Under the pieces are notes generated by a model that worked only from the letters and a program-made list of their open reading frames with translations, made no database searches and was not told where the DNA came from. Shown one piece after another: positions 1 through 9,766 of a stretch of 64,000 nt of DNA. The DNA comes from a virus, in the IMG/VR virus record IMGVR_UViG_3300030103_005357, positions 32,001-96,000 of that record. One strand, written 5' to 3'. Both the position numbers and the translations under genes were made by a program. Each line of letters opens with the position of its first letter. Position 1 is the stretch's first letter.

Positions 1-1949
1 AATCGGAAGTTTTTTCTCTTGAATCTAAGCCTTCAGAAGAGTTTTTAGACTTACTCAAGACATCTATGGGGAATGAGCCTTCTGGATTCTTATCTGAGTA
101 CTGCGTGAATCTTAATGATCAAGCTAAGCAAGAAAATCAAGTCCCTATAACCTCAAGAGATGAGGAGATAGATAGTTTGATTGAGATTTTGTCAAAAAAG
201 AATAAAAGTAATGCTGTATTACTGGGAGATTCGGGAGTTGGTAAAACAGCAATTGCTGAAGGGCTAGCTCAAAAAATAGTTAGGGATGAAGTTCCAGCCC
301 ATATCAGCTTGTGTACCGTATACAGCGTTGATATGGCATCTATGGTAGCTGGCACTCAATACAGAGGTCAGTTTGAGGAGAGATTCAAAGGCTTACTGAA
401 AGATGTCGAATCTCACCCTGAAGTAATCTTATTTATTGATGAAATTCATACCTTGATGGGCGCTGGTAACTCCAGCGAGAACGGTATAGACGCTTCAAAT
501 ATGCTCAAACCTGCTCTTGCCAGAGGGGACGTTAAATGCATAGGGGCTACAACCTTCAAAGAGTACGAAAAGTCTTTTGGGAAAGACCCCGCTCTTAAAA
601 GAAGGTTCGATAAGGTCGAGGTAAAAGAGCCAACAAAAGACCAAACGCATCTTATGATTAATAATAGTATTTCATACTATGAAAATTTTCATAGAGTTAA
701 ATACTCAAGAAAAAACATTCAAGATATATTAGATCTTAGCGAAATCTATTTATCGAATAAGAAGTTTCCTGAGAAAGCTTTTGATATTATCGACCAAGTT
801 GGAGCTAAAGCAAAAATCGATCAGGACTACCCCACTGAAGGCTTGGTTAATATTAGAGAAAGGTTTTCTACAAAGGGCAAAGATTCAGACACTGAGGAAG
901 AATCAGGAAGATTAATTAAAGAATACATTAAAGATTTAGTCTCTTATATAGATAAAGAAGACAAGAAAAGAAAAGTTTCAAGGAATCATATTCTTGAGGT
1001 TTTCGAAAAAAAGACGGGCATACCTAAAAAAATAATTGGAGAAAGTAACAAATCTTTTTCTAATTTTAAAAAGAAGATGCGGTCAGAAATATTTGGGCAA
1101 GAGGAAGCTTTAGATAGAATTTACAACATCCTCTCTTCTGTAAAGGTGGGACTAAACGATCCAAATAAACCTTTGGCTAACTTCCTATTTGTCGGCCCAA
1201 CTAGCGTTGGCAAGACATTTACAGCCAAGAATATTTCCAAACACTTTTTTGGTAACAAGAATTCATTCCTTCAAATCAATATGAGTGAATACCAAGATAA
1301 GACTGGCATCTCTAAATTGCTTGGAGCAAATGCTGGCTATGTTGGCCATGAAGATGGGGGAATCCTAAGTGAATTTGTTATAGATAATCCAAACTCTGTT
1401 ATTTTGTTTGATGAGATTGAGAAGTGTGATCCCAAAATTCTAGATCTACTCCTGCATCTACTCGACGAAGGTTACATCTCAGACAGCTTCAATAGACGTA
1501 TTGACTTCTCAAAATGCATTATTGTGATGACAACAAACATTGGCCACAAAGAAGCCACAAAAAACACAATGGGGTTTATGTCTGAAAATAATGAGCAGGA
1601 TTCTTATAAAGAAAGTTTGAGTAAATATCTACGACCAGAGCTAATAGCTAGAATACAAAATACCTTAATCTTCAATACGCTAAATGATGAGATTATGGCG
1701 AATATTGTGGGTGTAGAAATAAAAAAGATTAAAAATCGTTTATCTGACAAAGGCATTAATCTTTCTGTTCCCAAGGCAATCCAGAAGTTTCTAGTTGAGG
1801 AAATTAAAGCTAAAAAACTAAATGCTAGGAACATAAAAGCTCTAGTTGTGAAGCTAATTCAGTTTCCATTAGCCTCATTTATGATGGATGAAGAAAAAAA
1901 TAAGAAATTATCACTAAAAATTGTTGACAAAACCATCAAAGTTTACTAA
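1..1949 (+). CDS. ClpA/ClpB/ClpC-family double AAA+ ATPase, 5'-truncated by the window edge
   Basis: Two Walker A motifs (GDSGVGKT, GPTSVGKT), Walker B (LFIDEIH, LFDEIEK), pore loops GTQYRG and GYVG, MGF loop; frame is open from position 3. Confidence 0.92.
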   Translation, partial: SEVFSLESKPSEEFLDLLKTSMGNEPSGFLSEYCVNLNDQAKQENQVPITSRDEEIDSLIEILSKKNKSNAVLLGDSGVGKTAIAEGLAQKIVRDEVPAHISLCTVYSVDMASMVAGTQYRGQFEERFKGLLKDVESHPEVILFIDEIHTLMGAGNSSENGIDASNMLKPALARGDVKCIGATTFKEYEKSFGKDPALKRRFDKVEVKEPTKDQTHLMINNSISYYENFHRVKYSRKNIQDILDLSEIYLSNKKFPEKAFDIIDQVGAKAKIDQDYPTEGLVNIRERFSTKGKDSDTEEESGRLIKEYIKDLVSYIDKEDKKRKVSRNHILEVFEKKTGIPKKIIGESNKSFSNFKKKMRSEIFGQEEALDRIYNILSSVKVGLNDPNKPLANFLFVGPTSVGKTFTAKNISKHFFGNKNSFLQINMSEYQDKTGISKLLGANAGYVGHEDGGILSEFVIDNPNSVILFDEIEKCDPKILDLLLHLLDEGYISDSFNRRIDFSKCIIVMTTNIGHKEATKNTMGFMSENNEQDSYKESLSKYLRPELIARIQNTLIFNTLNDEIMANIVGVEIKKIKNRLSDKGINLSVPKAIQKFLVEEIKAKKLNARNIKALVVKLIQFPLASFMMDEEKNKKLSLKIVDKTIKVY

Positions 1950-1958
1950 TATACAAAT

Positions 1959-2174
1959 ATGAGTAAGTCAGTTCTAAAAGCTATTCGTAATTCAAAAGGC
2001 CGTTTTTTCGGTCTTTACACCAAGCAGGGCGAATCTCTTAACGCTCAGCTTCAGTCTGAAACAGATCAAACAATTGTGATCTATGATCGCAATTTTAATC
2101 GTACCCGCCGTTTAGCGAAGACCAGTATCGCTGGAGTTCGTTCAGATTCTCGCACCTTTGGTCGAGTTCGTTAA
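1959..2174 (+). CDS. small basic hypothetical protein, possibly Sm/SH3-like beta-barrel
   Basis: 71-aa ORF preceded by TTGACA at 1924 and followed by a terminator. Confidence 0.6.
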   Translation: MSKSVLKAIRNSKGRFFGLYTKQGESLNAQLQSETDQTIVIYDRNFNRTRRLAKTSIAGVRSDSRTFGRVR

Positions 2175-2212
2175 TTTTAATAGGTAATATTGGGTTGTAG
2201 CCATAACGCAAG

Positions 2213-2241
2213 ACCCGTCCCTTTAAAAGGGGCGGGTTTTT
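2213..2241 (+). terminator. intrinsic terminator
   Basis: ACCCGTCCCTT-TAA-AAGGGGCGGGT stem-loop followed by a T tract. Confidence 0.8.
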
Positions 2242-2254
2242 GTTATAATACATT

Positions 2255-3325
2255 GTGAAAAGCGATTTTATATTTAAGGATAGGTTATACACCTTGCCAT
2301 CTAGCGGTAGGGTAACAGGCGCTGAGACTAAAATAATTAAAAAAATTATATCTTTCTCTAAATGTAATATTAAAATAGATAATCTTTTATTGGTATGTGT
2401 TGAAGAAGATTATGATTTCTACCATATATACAGTGGATCTAATATATTTGATTTAAAATTATCATTAGACCATGAAAGTGAAAAATTTAATAGAGAGATA
2501 AAAAATACAAAGCTTTGCAAGTCTAAGTCTGTTCCAAAATATGTGGATAGTGGAGTGGTTAAAGTGGGAGATAAAATATCATATTTAATTTGCGAATCCA
2601 ATAGATCAGAATCTTTATTTGATTATGGGAGATCTCACCTATCATCTAATTTAGATTTATTTGCTGATTTCTATTGTGACTTTGCTTCAAACAGCAATTA
2701 TAAATTACTGTACAAAACCCTACTATCCGACTTAATGAAAGAAGCGGATATTAATTCTGTTTTCGACCTAGACCAAAAGTCTTATATACAGAATAATTCT
2801 GATTACGATAAATGCGAAACTATAATTAATGAATTAATATCGGATATCTCAAGCAGATTAAACGTTTTGCCTAAAATTTACACAGGTAATATAATCGGGG
2901 ATTTCGATAAAAACTCAGTCTTTACTGAGGGGAATAATTTTTCATTCAAAGATCTTAGGTATGGATGCAAGGGTCATGTGTATTCTGACATAGCTAACAT
3001 TACTTTATATTACGGATTTAGTAAGCCTGTAGAAAAAACTCTTCTACAGAAAATTACTCAAAAAATGTCTTTAACTGCTGACAATAACCTATACAATCAA
3101 TTTTATGAATTGGAGTTAAGGAGGAAAGCTCTTCATTACCTTCTTCAATATCTCAAAGAGGTGTATATTTATGAATCCTCTAGGATTGAAGTGATTATCA
3201 ATCTAATTGATTCTTTCGCTCAAAGTTTTGACAGGATCTGTAAGATACCAATAATCAGAGATAACAGGGAGTTTATTGTAAGTAATATCGCGGAGCCAAT
3301 AATAGAATCTGACACTAAAGATTAA
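2255..3325 (+). CDS. degenerate APH/choline-kinase-like fold protein
   Basis: IIGDFDKNSV...FKDLRYG...SDIA resembles the HGD..N / IDW / DLA motifs. Confidence 0.4.
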   Translation: MKSDFIFKDRLYTLPSSGRVTGAETKIIKKIISFSKCNIKIDNLLLVCVEEDYDFYHIYSGSNIFDLKLSLDHESEKFNREIKNTKLCKSKSVPKYVDSGVVKVGDKISYLICESNRSESLFDYGRSHLSSNLDLFADFYCDFASNSNYKLLYKTLLSDLMKEADINSVFDLDQKSYIQNNSDYDKCETIINELISDISSRLNVLPKIYTGNIIGDFDKNSVFTEGNNFSFKDLRYGCKGHVYSDIANITLYYGFSKPVEKTLLQKITQKMSLTADNNLYNQFYELELRRKALHYLLQYLKEVYIYESSRIEVIINLIDSFAQSFDRICKIPIIRDNREFIVSNIAEPIIESDTKD

Positions 3326-3361
3326 TTATTGAATTGTGAGTCATTTTATATATCATCGTTT

Positions 3362-3847
3362 ATGATTGTTCAGCTTTACAAACCTAACCCCAGAAATACT
3401 GGTTGCGCTTTTAGTTGCGATATTGGTAGCGCCAACCAGAAAGGCGAACCTTGTGTTTATGTCAGGGCAGTTAGGCAGTTTTCTTGGGATGACAAAAAGA
3501 AGACTGGTTCTTTCTCTCAAAATTCGAAAAACCCAGAGGCTTCGATTTCAATTAAATTAAACGAGGTCGAAATTGGAGGTTTGATTCACGCTATTGAAAA
3601 AAATACCGAGTTCAAAGCTTACCATTCTTACGAGGATAACAAGACTCAAATCTCATTTAAACCGTGGGAGAGAAATGGACGACCAAACGCTTTTTCTTTT
3701 GGTATTATTAGAAATTCTACAAACAAGTTTGGTATAGGGGTAGAAATGTCAGAGGCTTACTGTTTGCTTGAATTTTTCAAGTTCGCACTGCAAGAGCTTT
3801 ACGCTTACCGTTTGACTAAAAACGAAGAAATTAAATCACGACAGTGA
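3362..3847 (+). CDS. hypothetical protein, possibly PC4/Whirly-like ssDNA-binding
   Basis: ATG at 3362; repeated beta-sheet plus helix pattern. Confidence 0.45.
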   Translation: MIVQLYKPNPRNTGCAFSCDIGSANQKGEPCVYVRAVRQFSWDDKKKTGSFSQNSKNPEASISIKLNEVEIGGLIHAIEKNTEFKAYHSYEDNKTQISFKPWERNGRPNAFSFGIIRNSTNKFGIGVEMSEAYCLLEFFKFALQELYAYRLTKNEEIKSRQ

Positions 3848-5733
3848 AAAAAAAAGTTTTAATTCACTCTAATTCCTGCAAAGCCTTTACGGGGTTTGGC
3901 AAGAATAAGAAGAATATCATGCGTTACCTATATAATACAGGTAAGTATGAGTTGATTGAGTTGGCTAATGGGTTGGAGTGGTCCAACCCCCTACTATCTT
4001 TAATGCCTTGGAAAGCTGTGGGAGCTTTGCCCCCCAGACAATCCTTACAGGGTATGAATCAAGATATGCAAAGAGCGGAAGGTTATGGTCTATCTGCTGT
4101 TGACCGCGCTGTAAAAGAATTTAAGCCCGATGTTTATATCGGCATAGAGGATATTTGGGCTTTTAAAGATTACCATCATAAGCCTTGGTGGAATAAGATC
4201 AACTGTATGATCTGGACTACCTTAGATAGTTTGCCAATTCTTCCTCAAGCTATAGAATACGCGCCAAAAACAAAAAACTATTATGTCTGGGCTAGCTTTG
4301 CAGAAAAAGCAATGAGTCAACTCGGATACGACCATGTAAAGACTCTCCGAGGCTCTCTAGAGTATGATAATTTTGTTCGCCTGTCAGATGAAGATCGTTT
4401 AAAACTAAGAGAGCGTCATGGCTTGTCTGATGAGTTTATTATAGGTTTTGTATTCAGAAACCAACTCCGCAAGTCAGTACCAAACTTACTTGAAGGGTTC
4501 AAAGCATTTAAGAAAAATAATCCAGATTCAAAAGCTAAACTATTACTACATACTCATTGGGTAGAAGGTTGGGATATCAGCAAGCTTATCGCTGAGAAAG
4601 GTTTAGACTTTTCAGACATTTTAACAACTTATGTTTGCTATAAATGCAATACTTATACAGTTAAGCCTTACGAAGGGCAAGAAAAAGGCTGCAAAAACTG
4701 TGGTTCCGAGAAGTCTGTAAATACAACTAACACTCGCAAAGGTGTGGATGAAAAACAGTTGAATGAAATTTACAATCTTATGGATTTATATTGCCACCCG
4801 TTCACAAGCGGGGGTCAAGAAATCCCTATTCAAGAAGCTAAACTTACTGAGCTTGTAACTTTAGTTACTGATTATTCATGCGGGGAGGATAATTGTACTA
4901 AAGAAAGCGGTGGCATTCCACTCGATTGGAGCGAGTACAGGGAACCCGGGACTCAATTTATTAAAGCGTCAACTTGCCCAACATCAATCAGCCGTGAGAT
5001 AGAGAATGCTTACAAAATGTCCCCCTCACAAAAAAGTGAGATGGGTAAGATGGCTCGACAGTGGACTATTGAAAACTTCTCGACTGAGGTTATTGGCAAA
5101 CAATTAGAAGAGATAATCGACAACATGCCAGATGTTGATTACGACTACGATTCTAAATTAAGAGATTACGACCCAGAGTACGAAATTGGAAAACATACTG
5201 ATTTAACAGAGTTCTTAGTGGATATCTACAAAAACATATTAGATGAGGACGTAGACGCAAACTCTTCAGGCGTAAAGCATTGGACAGATAAGATGAAATC
5301 TGGGACTAAAGCAGAGGAAATTATACAACATTTTAGAAATGTAGCTCAGCAGCAAATACAAAAAAGTCAAATCCCATCCTTACAGGACTTGCTTGGCGAT
5401 GAAGATAAAGGCTCTAGAATTGCTATAGTAATTCCACAGTCTGAAGTCGATGTCTTACTGGTTAATTCACTAATGAAGAGGTTCAAAAAACAGTATTCTG
5501 ACTACAATATTTATGTATTCACTAACCCAGAATATTTCGATCTAATTGAGGATAGCCCTTATGTACACAAAGTTCTTAGGTATTCGAAAGAGATGGAGAA
5601 TACCTTTGTCCTAGAAGGCGCTGGGCAATCAGAAGGTTTATTTAGTGCAGCTTTTTATCCTCATGCAACAACCCAAAAATCCGTATGCTTTACGCATAAA
5701 GGAATCACTAAACACGAATTCTCTTTTATATAA
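3844..5733 (+). CDS. GT-B (GT4-like) glycosyltransferase with zinc-ribbon insert and C-terminal extensions
   Basis: TGFG N-terminus, RNQLRK, GGQEIPIQEA (EGFGLP.LEA-like) motif, CYKC...CKNC insert. Confidence 0.8.
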   Translation: MKKKVLIHSNSCKAFTGFGKNKKNIMRYLYNTGKYELIELANGLEWSNPLLSLMPWKAVGALPPRQSLQGMNQDMQRAEGYGLSAVDRAVKEFKPDVYIGIEDIWAFKDYHHKPWWNKINCMIWTTLDSLPILPQAIEYAPKTKNYYVWASFAEKAMSQLGYDHVKTLRGSLEYDNFVRLSDEDRLKLRERHGLSDEFIIGFVFRNQLRKSVPNLLEGFKAFKKNNPDSKAKLLLHTHWVEGWDISKLIAEKGLDFSDILTTYVCYKCNTYTVKPYEGQEKGCKNCGSEKSVNTTNTRKGVDEKQLNEIYNLMDLYCHPFTSGGQEIPIQEAKLTELVTLVTDYSCGEDNCTKESGGIPLDWSEYREPGTQFIKASTCPTSISREIENAYKMSPSQKSEMGKMARQWTIENFSTEVIGKQLEEIIDNMPDVDYDYDSKLRDYDPEYEIGKHTDLTEFLVDIYKNILDEDVDANSSGVKHWTDKMKSGTKAEEIIQHFRNVAQQQIQKSQIPSLQDLLGDEDKGSRIAIVIPQSEVDVLLVNSLMKRFKKQYSDYNIYVFTNPEYFDLIEDSPYVHKVLRYSKEMENTFVLEGAGQSEGLFSAAFYPHATTQKSVCFTHKGITKHEFSFI

Positions 5734-6872
5734 TGTCCCACTTACTACACGAATATGCAAAGAGTTTAGGGGTTAAAGTTTCTAAACCCGATCTTCAACA
5801 ACACTTCTTCCCCTGTTTGGATAAAAAGTATATTTTGTTTTATAACCGCGAGCGGCAAGCCTCTAAAATATACAAACACTACTCTACAATATTTCAGTTA
5901 CTGAGAGAGACTCTAGATGATCATGGCATAAAAATTTATCAAATTGGTGGTGAAAATGCAATCGCGGGAGTAAACAGACATTTAAGTTGCAGTTTAAAAA
6001 ACGAAGCTTATATCGTCGCCAAGAGTATGTTGTATTTGGGTCCAGATAGCCACTTATCCCAATACGCAAGTAGTCAAGATGTTAAAACTATAACATTACA
6101 TGGCAATAATTATGCTAGCAGCACCAAGCCATTTTGGGGTAGTTTCAAAAATAAAGCTTGTTTAGAGCCTGATTGGAATTCTAACCCATGTTTTTCGGCT
6201 GAAGACCCCCAAAGACAGATTGATTCAATTAAACCAGAGGAAGTTTGCAAAAAAATATTAGAATTTTGCGGCTTGGGTCATTTAAAATTTAATTTTAAAA
6301 CAATTAATATTGGTGATTCTTATGATCAAAAAATTGTTGAGGTAGTCCCCACGGCAATAACTAAAGGTTTGCCCAAAAGTTTTTTTATTCGTATCGATTA
6401 TGGCGTAGAGGAAGAGGCTCTTTTATATTACTGCGCTAATCATGAAGTTATATTGGTTACAGACCAGTTACCACAAATTAGTATGCTCATGCAGTTTCGT
6501 GAGAATGTAAAAAGAATCCTTTATATTGTTCAAGATAAGAACGATACAATCCCTGAAGAGTACTTTGAATACCTTAAAAAGTTAGGGATAGACTTTATTC
6601 TACTTTCAGACAAAGAGGACGAGTTACCCTTCTTAAGAAATAAATACTTTGAAACCCAAGTCCACCCTCAGTATGATCAAAAGGAGCCTATTGCTTGTTC
6701 TGATAATGCAAAATTTTTAACTAATAAAAAAATCATTGAGGGAGATAAGGTCTACATGAGTTACGCTCATTACAAAAAAGGACTTGACTCTTGTGATAAA
6801 GTATTGGATACTCCTGAATACTGGGAAGAGTCCAAACACTTCTATATTTATGAGCAAGAAAAAAGTAGCTAA
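5733..6872 (+). CDS. GT9 (heptosyltransferase-like) glycosyltransferase-related protein
   Basis: YQIGG...YLGPDSHLSQYAS...TITLHG...IDSIKPEEV pattern typical of the GT9 C-domain. Confidence 0.6.
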   Translation: MSHLLHEYAKSLGVKVSKPDLQQHFFPCLDKKYILFYNRERQASKIYKHYSTIFQLLRETLDDHGIKIYQIGGENAIAGVNRHLSCSLKNEAYIVAKSMLYLGPDSHLSQYASSQDVKTITLHGNNYASSTKPFWGSFKNKACLEPDWNSNPCFSAEDPQRQIDSIKPEEVCKKILEFCGLGHLKFNFKTINIGDSYDQKIVEVVPTAITKGLPKSFFIRIDYGVEEEALLYYCANHEVILVTDQLPQISMLMQFRENVKRILYIVQDKNDTIPEEYFEYLKKLGIDFILLSDKEDELPFLRNKYFETQVHPQYDQKEPIACSDNAKFLTNKKIIEGDKVYMSYAHYKKGLDSCDKVLDTPEYWEESKHFYIYEQEKSS

Positions 6873-7632
6873 GAAAGCCACCAAGAAAAAACTATTCGGA
6901 CCCGATCTTTACAAGAGGGATGAGCATGGTCTCCTAGAGAATGTTGATTACGTCTTTAATGAAGATGGTTCGGTAAATTGGCGAGCTATGATTAAACCTG
7001 AGTTTCTTTACCCAAATCGGGATTGGTTTAATTATAGGAACAAGCCTGTACCAGACTCTTCTGAAGGTTTAGCTGACAATCAGTTACTCATCATGCTTGG
7101 GGGTATTAAAGAACTAGCTCGACTTAGGGGTTTTGAGAATGTGTCATTTGAGATTGATAATGTATCTGAGAGTTACGTTGTCGCTTCTTGCGAAATCCTT
7201 TGGTCTCCTAATTATGAGAGCGGAAAAGAGCGGGTTGGTTATCAAGACGTAGCTAACGCTACACTAGATAATACAGATTCATTTGCTTCAAAATTTTTGG
7301 AGACGATAGCTTGCAACAGAGCTTTCGTACGTTGCGTTCGCAACTTTTTGAATATCCATATTGTAGGCGCAGATGAGATTGATAAGTCCAAAGGCGCTAA
7401 TAATAGCATCTCTGTGGAGTCTGTGGAGGCAGCGGCTACTACACCTATTGGCCTTTTACAAAAAACTTTACTGTCTAAAAAGGGCGTATCCTCATTTGAA
7501 GATTTTATTGAAATGTTGAAGGTGTTTTGGAAGAACGAAACTTATAAAAATGAGGACGTTGCAAAATGGAAGTCTTGGAAAGATATCCCAAGTAAAGAGA
7601 TTCGTAAGCTCATTGGGCTTTTACACAAATGA
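6850..7632 (+). CDS. Rad52/ERF-like single-strand annealing protein
   Basis: GIKELA...ETIACNRAFVRCVRNFLNI...DEI resembles the SSAP signature helix. Confidence 0.5.
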   Translation: MSKKKVAKKATKKKLFGPDLYKRDEHGLLENVDYVFNEDGSVNWRAMIKPEFLYPNRDWFNYRNKPVPDSSEGLADNQLLIMLGGIKELARLRGFENVSFEIDNVSESYVVASCEILWSPNYESGKERVGYQDVANATLDNTDSFASKFLETIACNRAFVRCVRNFLNIHIVGADEIDKSKGANNSISVESVEAAATTPIGLLQKTLLSKKGVSSFEDFIEMLKVFWKNETYKNEDVAKWKSWKDIPSKEIRKLIGLLHK

Positions 7633-8090
7633 TTAAAAGAATAGTTAGTGCAGAGCAGTTTAAAAAAGCTGCTGACGATATTTCTGAATATTTAAACCTA
7701 GAGGCGGAAGGTAACAACTATCATTATCTTCTCCCAAATGGAGTTGAATCGATGAAGAAAGCTTTTGCCCATGATAAGATGTTGGTTTTCAATGTATTTA
7801 TGTGGGCTAACCTAAATGATTCAGGTAAATATGATGCAACTATAATCTTTCTAAAGGAGAGAAGCCCAAGGCATGGGTTAGAAATATTCTCAGAATACGT
7901 CTGGCTTTCGAGTAACCCTCATGCTGGCTATAAACTATTAATTACAGCGATAAAATACGCTAGAGATAATGGTTTTGAACATATACAAATGGGTTGCTCT
8001 GAAAAATCCCCAAACAAAGACAAAGTAAAAAGCCTTTATAGAAGGCTTGGATTCATCAAAGATTCAGAAAGTTACATAGCAAAATTATGA
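7629..8090 (+). CDS. GNAT-fold acetyltransferase-like protein
   Basis: AGYKLL..AIKYARDNG and LYRRLGF motifs. Confidence 0.65.
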   Translation: MIKRIVSAEQFKKAADDISEYLNLEAEGNNYHYLLPNGVESMKKAFAHDKMLVFNVFMWANLNDSGKYDATIIFLKERSPRHGLEIFSEYVWLSSNPHAGYKLLITAIKYARDNGFEHIQMGCSEKSPNKDKVKSLYRRLGFIKDSESYIAKL

Positions 8091-8248
8091 GCGGAAAAAC
8101 TTGCAAAAAAATAAGAAAAGCACTATCATTAATCAATGAAGACCCGACATCAAGAAGGAACTACAGAAGATTCAAGCGCCAGTACCAACGTGTCTCATCT
8201 AAACATAAATCAGACTTCATTAAAGCAACAGAGGGACTCTTCCAGTGA
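8087..8248 (+). CDS. small basic protein (53 aa, MSGKTCKKIRKALS...), not in the ORF track
   Basis: ATGA overlap with the stop of the preceding gene; translated by hand. Confidence 0.55.
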   Translation: MSGKTCKKIRKALSLINEDPTSRRNYRRFKRQYQRVSSKHKSDFIKATEGLFQ

Positions 8249-8444
8249 ATGGTCTAGACTGAAGGCTGGAGGCTGTTGGATTAAAAACAGCAAAAAAGGT
8301 GAGACTTATTTATCTGGCTCTGCCACCCTCAGTGAAGAATCTTTAAAAAAGATTGCTGAAAATGGCGGGAAGTTAAATTTTCACATCTATAAGAACGCTT
8401 ACCAAGAGGGTAATCAGCCCACTTATAACTTCTACATACTTTGA
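8136..8444 (+). CDS. DUF736-like small protein
   Basis: GGCWIKNSKKGETYLSG...KN...NQPTY pattern. Confidence 0.55.
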   Translation: MKTRHQEGTTEDSSASTNVSHLNINQTSLKQQRDSSSEWSRLKAGGCWIKNSKKGETYLSGSATLSEESLKKIAENGGKLNFHIYKNAYQEGNQPTYNFYIL

Positions 8445-8746
8445 TTCTTATCCCTGAGTCTTTGGTTCTCCTCTCTCAAGAATTTGATTTCGACTTTCAA
8501 TTCTGTGACTTGGACGGTCAGTTCACTTATTTGAACTCTCATAGCTTCTTTTTCTTCAGAAGAGCTGATAAGCAGGGCTTCTAGCTTGCTTACTCTATCA
8601 ATTAGGTTACTAAGCAGAACTCCCTCTGTTTGGTAGTCTAATTCTTTTATCTGATGTTCGGCTTTTAGCCTCTTACCCATGTAATTCCACAAAGCTCCTC
8701 CGAATAATGCTGATACTACGGATGAGATAATTGTCCAATGATCCAT
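8432..8746 (-). CDS. membrane-anchored coiled-coil protein (holin/lysis-associated type)
   Basis: N-terminal TM helix, then heptad repeats; GTGTAA-N8-ATG upstream. Confidence 0.6.
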   Translation of the reverse strand: MDHWTIISSVVSALFGGALWNYMGKRLKAEHQIKELDYQTEGVLLSNLIDRVSKLEALLISSSEEKEAMRVQISELTVQVTELKVEIKFLREENQRLRDKNQSM

Positions 8747-8822
8747 AGATTTAATTACACAATTTATTTTAATTAATATTAAAATATTTCAAAAAATTTG
8801 ATTTAGGTGTAATTAAAATCAA

Positions 8823-9569
8823 ATGGGGGAAACAGATAAAAATCTTGAAGAAGCTACATCTTTGGCTTTAAAATACTGCAACCCAGATGATAGCGAAATC
8901 ATCTCTGATCTTGACAGACATTTGCGAGAGGCAGCTTGGACACTACTCGAAAGAATTAATAATTTAGAGAGTCAAGAATGTGTTTGTGAGGGGTGTGCAT
9001 CTAAGGCCGCAGAAGAGGTAGAAGAAGTTGAATCTACCCCTGAAGAGCAGGAAGAAAACCCAGAAGTAGAAGGTGAATCTTCAGATGATTCTAACCTGCA
9101 AAAGCTTATAGAAACAGATAAAAATAATAAGAGGCTAACAAAAAAATCCAAAAACGTTGCAGTGGGGGCTGGAATTATAGCTGCTACAACTCAAAAAATG
9201 GCAGCAATGGGAACTGCTGGAGTAATGACGATTGCAAGCGGGACATATTTCCAAGCCAAAGCAGCGAAAACGGAAGGTATAGAGATAGCTGTTGTTACAG
9301 AGCAAGAATATGGAGCATTTTCCAAATTCAATAGGTTTACTGAGTCAGTTTTAGGCATTTCGACCTTCGAAGGCATTAGAGAATACGCTGAAAAAGGCTA
9401 TGGCGACATTAAAGGTTCTAACCCTTCTTCTGAGGAGAGCGAAGAAAAAGATGAGCTTGCTGAAGATGAGAGAATAAAAAGAGACAAGGAATTACTTGAA
9501 GCAAGGGAGGATCTCAAAATTAATTCCAATGAGCCTCCTACTGATCCTCCCAAACTATCTGATTATTAA
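8823..9569 (+). CDS. acidic hypothetical protein with central hydrophobic segment
   Basis: 248-aa ORF with GTGTAA motif upstream. Confidence 0.6.
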   Translation: MGETDKNLEEATSLALKYCNPDDSEIISDLDRHLREAAWTLLERINNLESQECVCEGCASKAAEEVEEVESTPEEQEENPEVEGESSDDSNLQKLIETDKNNKRLTKKSKNVAVGAGIIAATTQKMAAMGTAGVMTIASGTYFQAKAAKTEGIEIAVVTEQEYGAFSKFNRFTESVLGISTFEGIREYAEKGYGDIKGSNPSSEESEEKDELAEDERIKRDKELLEAREDLKINSNEPPTDPPKLSDY

Positions 9570-9571
9570 TC

Positions 9572-9766
9572 ATGGAAGAAATATTCGACAAAATTTTAGC
9601 GCCCTATATGTCCTCGCTGCCTGAATTTGTAATCGCGGTAATGGGCATAGTCGGGACACTTGCGTTTTTCGCGCCAGAAGATAGCAAGTTAAGTAGATTG
9701 CTTAACAAAATCACTGGAAGATTGTCAAAATTTAAAGACTACTTACTTAAAAAACTTAAAAAATGA
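9572..9766 (+). CDS. small membrane protein (holin-like)
   Basis: One TM helix and a basic C-terminus. Confidence 0.5.
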   Translation: MEEIFDKILAPYMSSLPEFVIAVMGIVGTLAFFAPEDSKLSRLLNKITGRLSKFKDYLLKKLKK

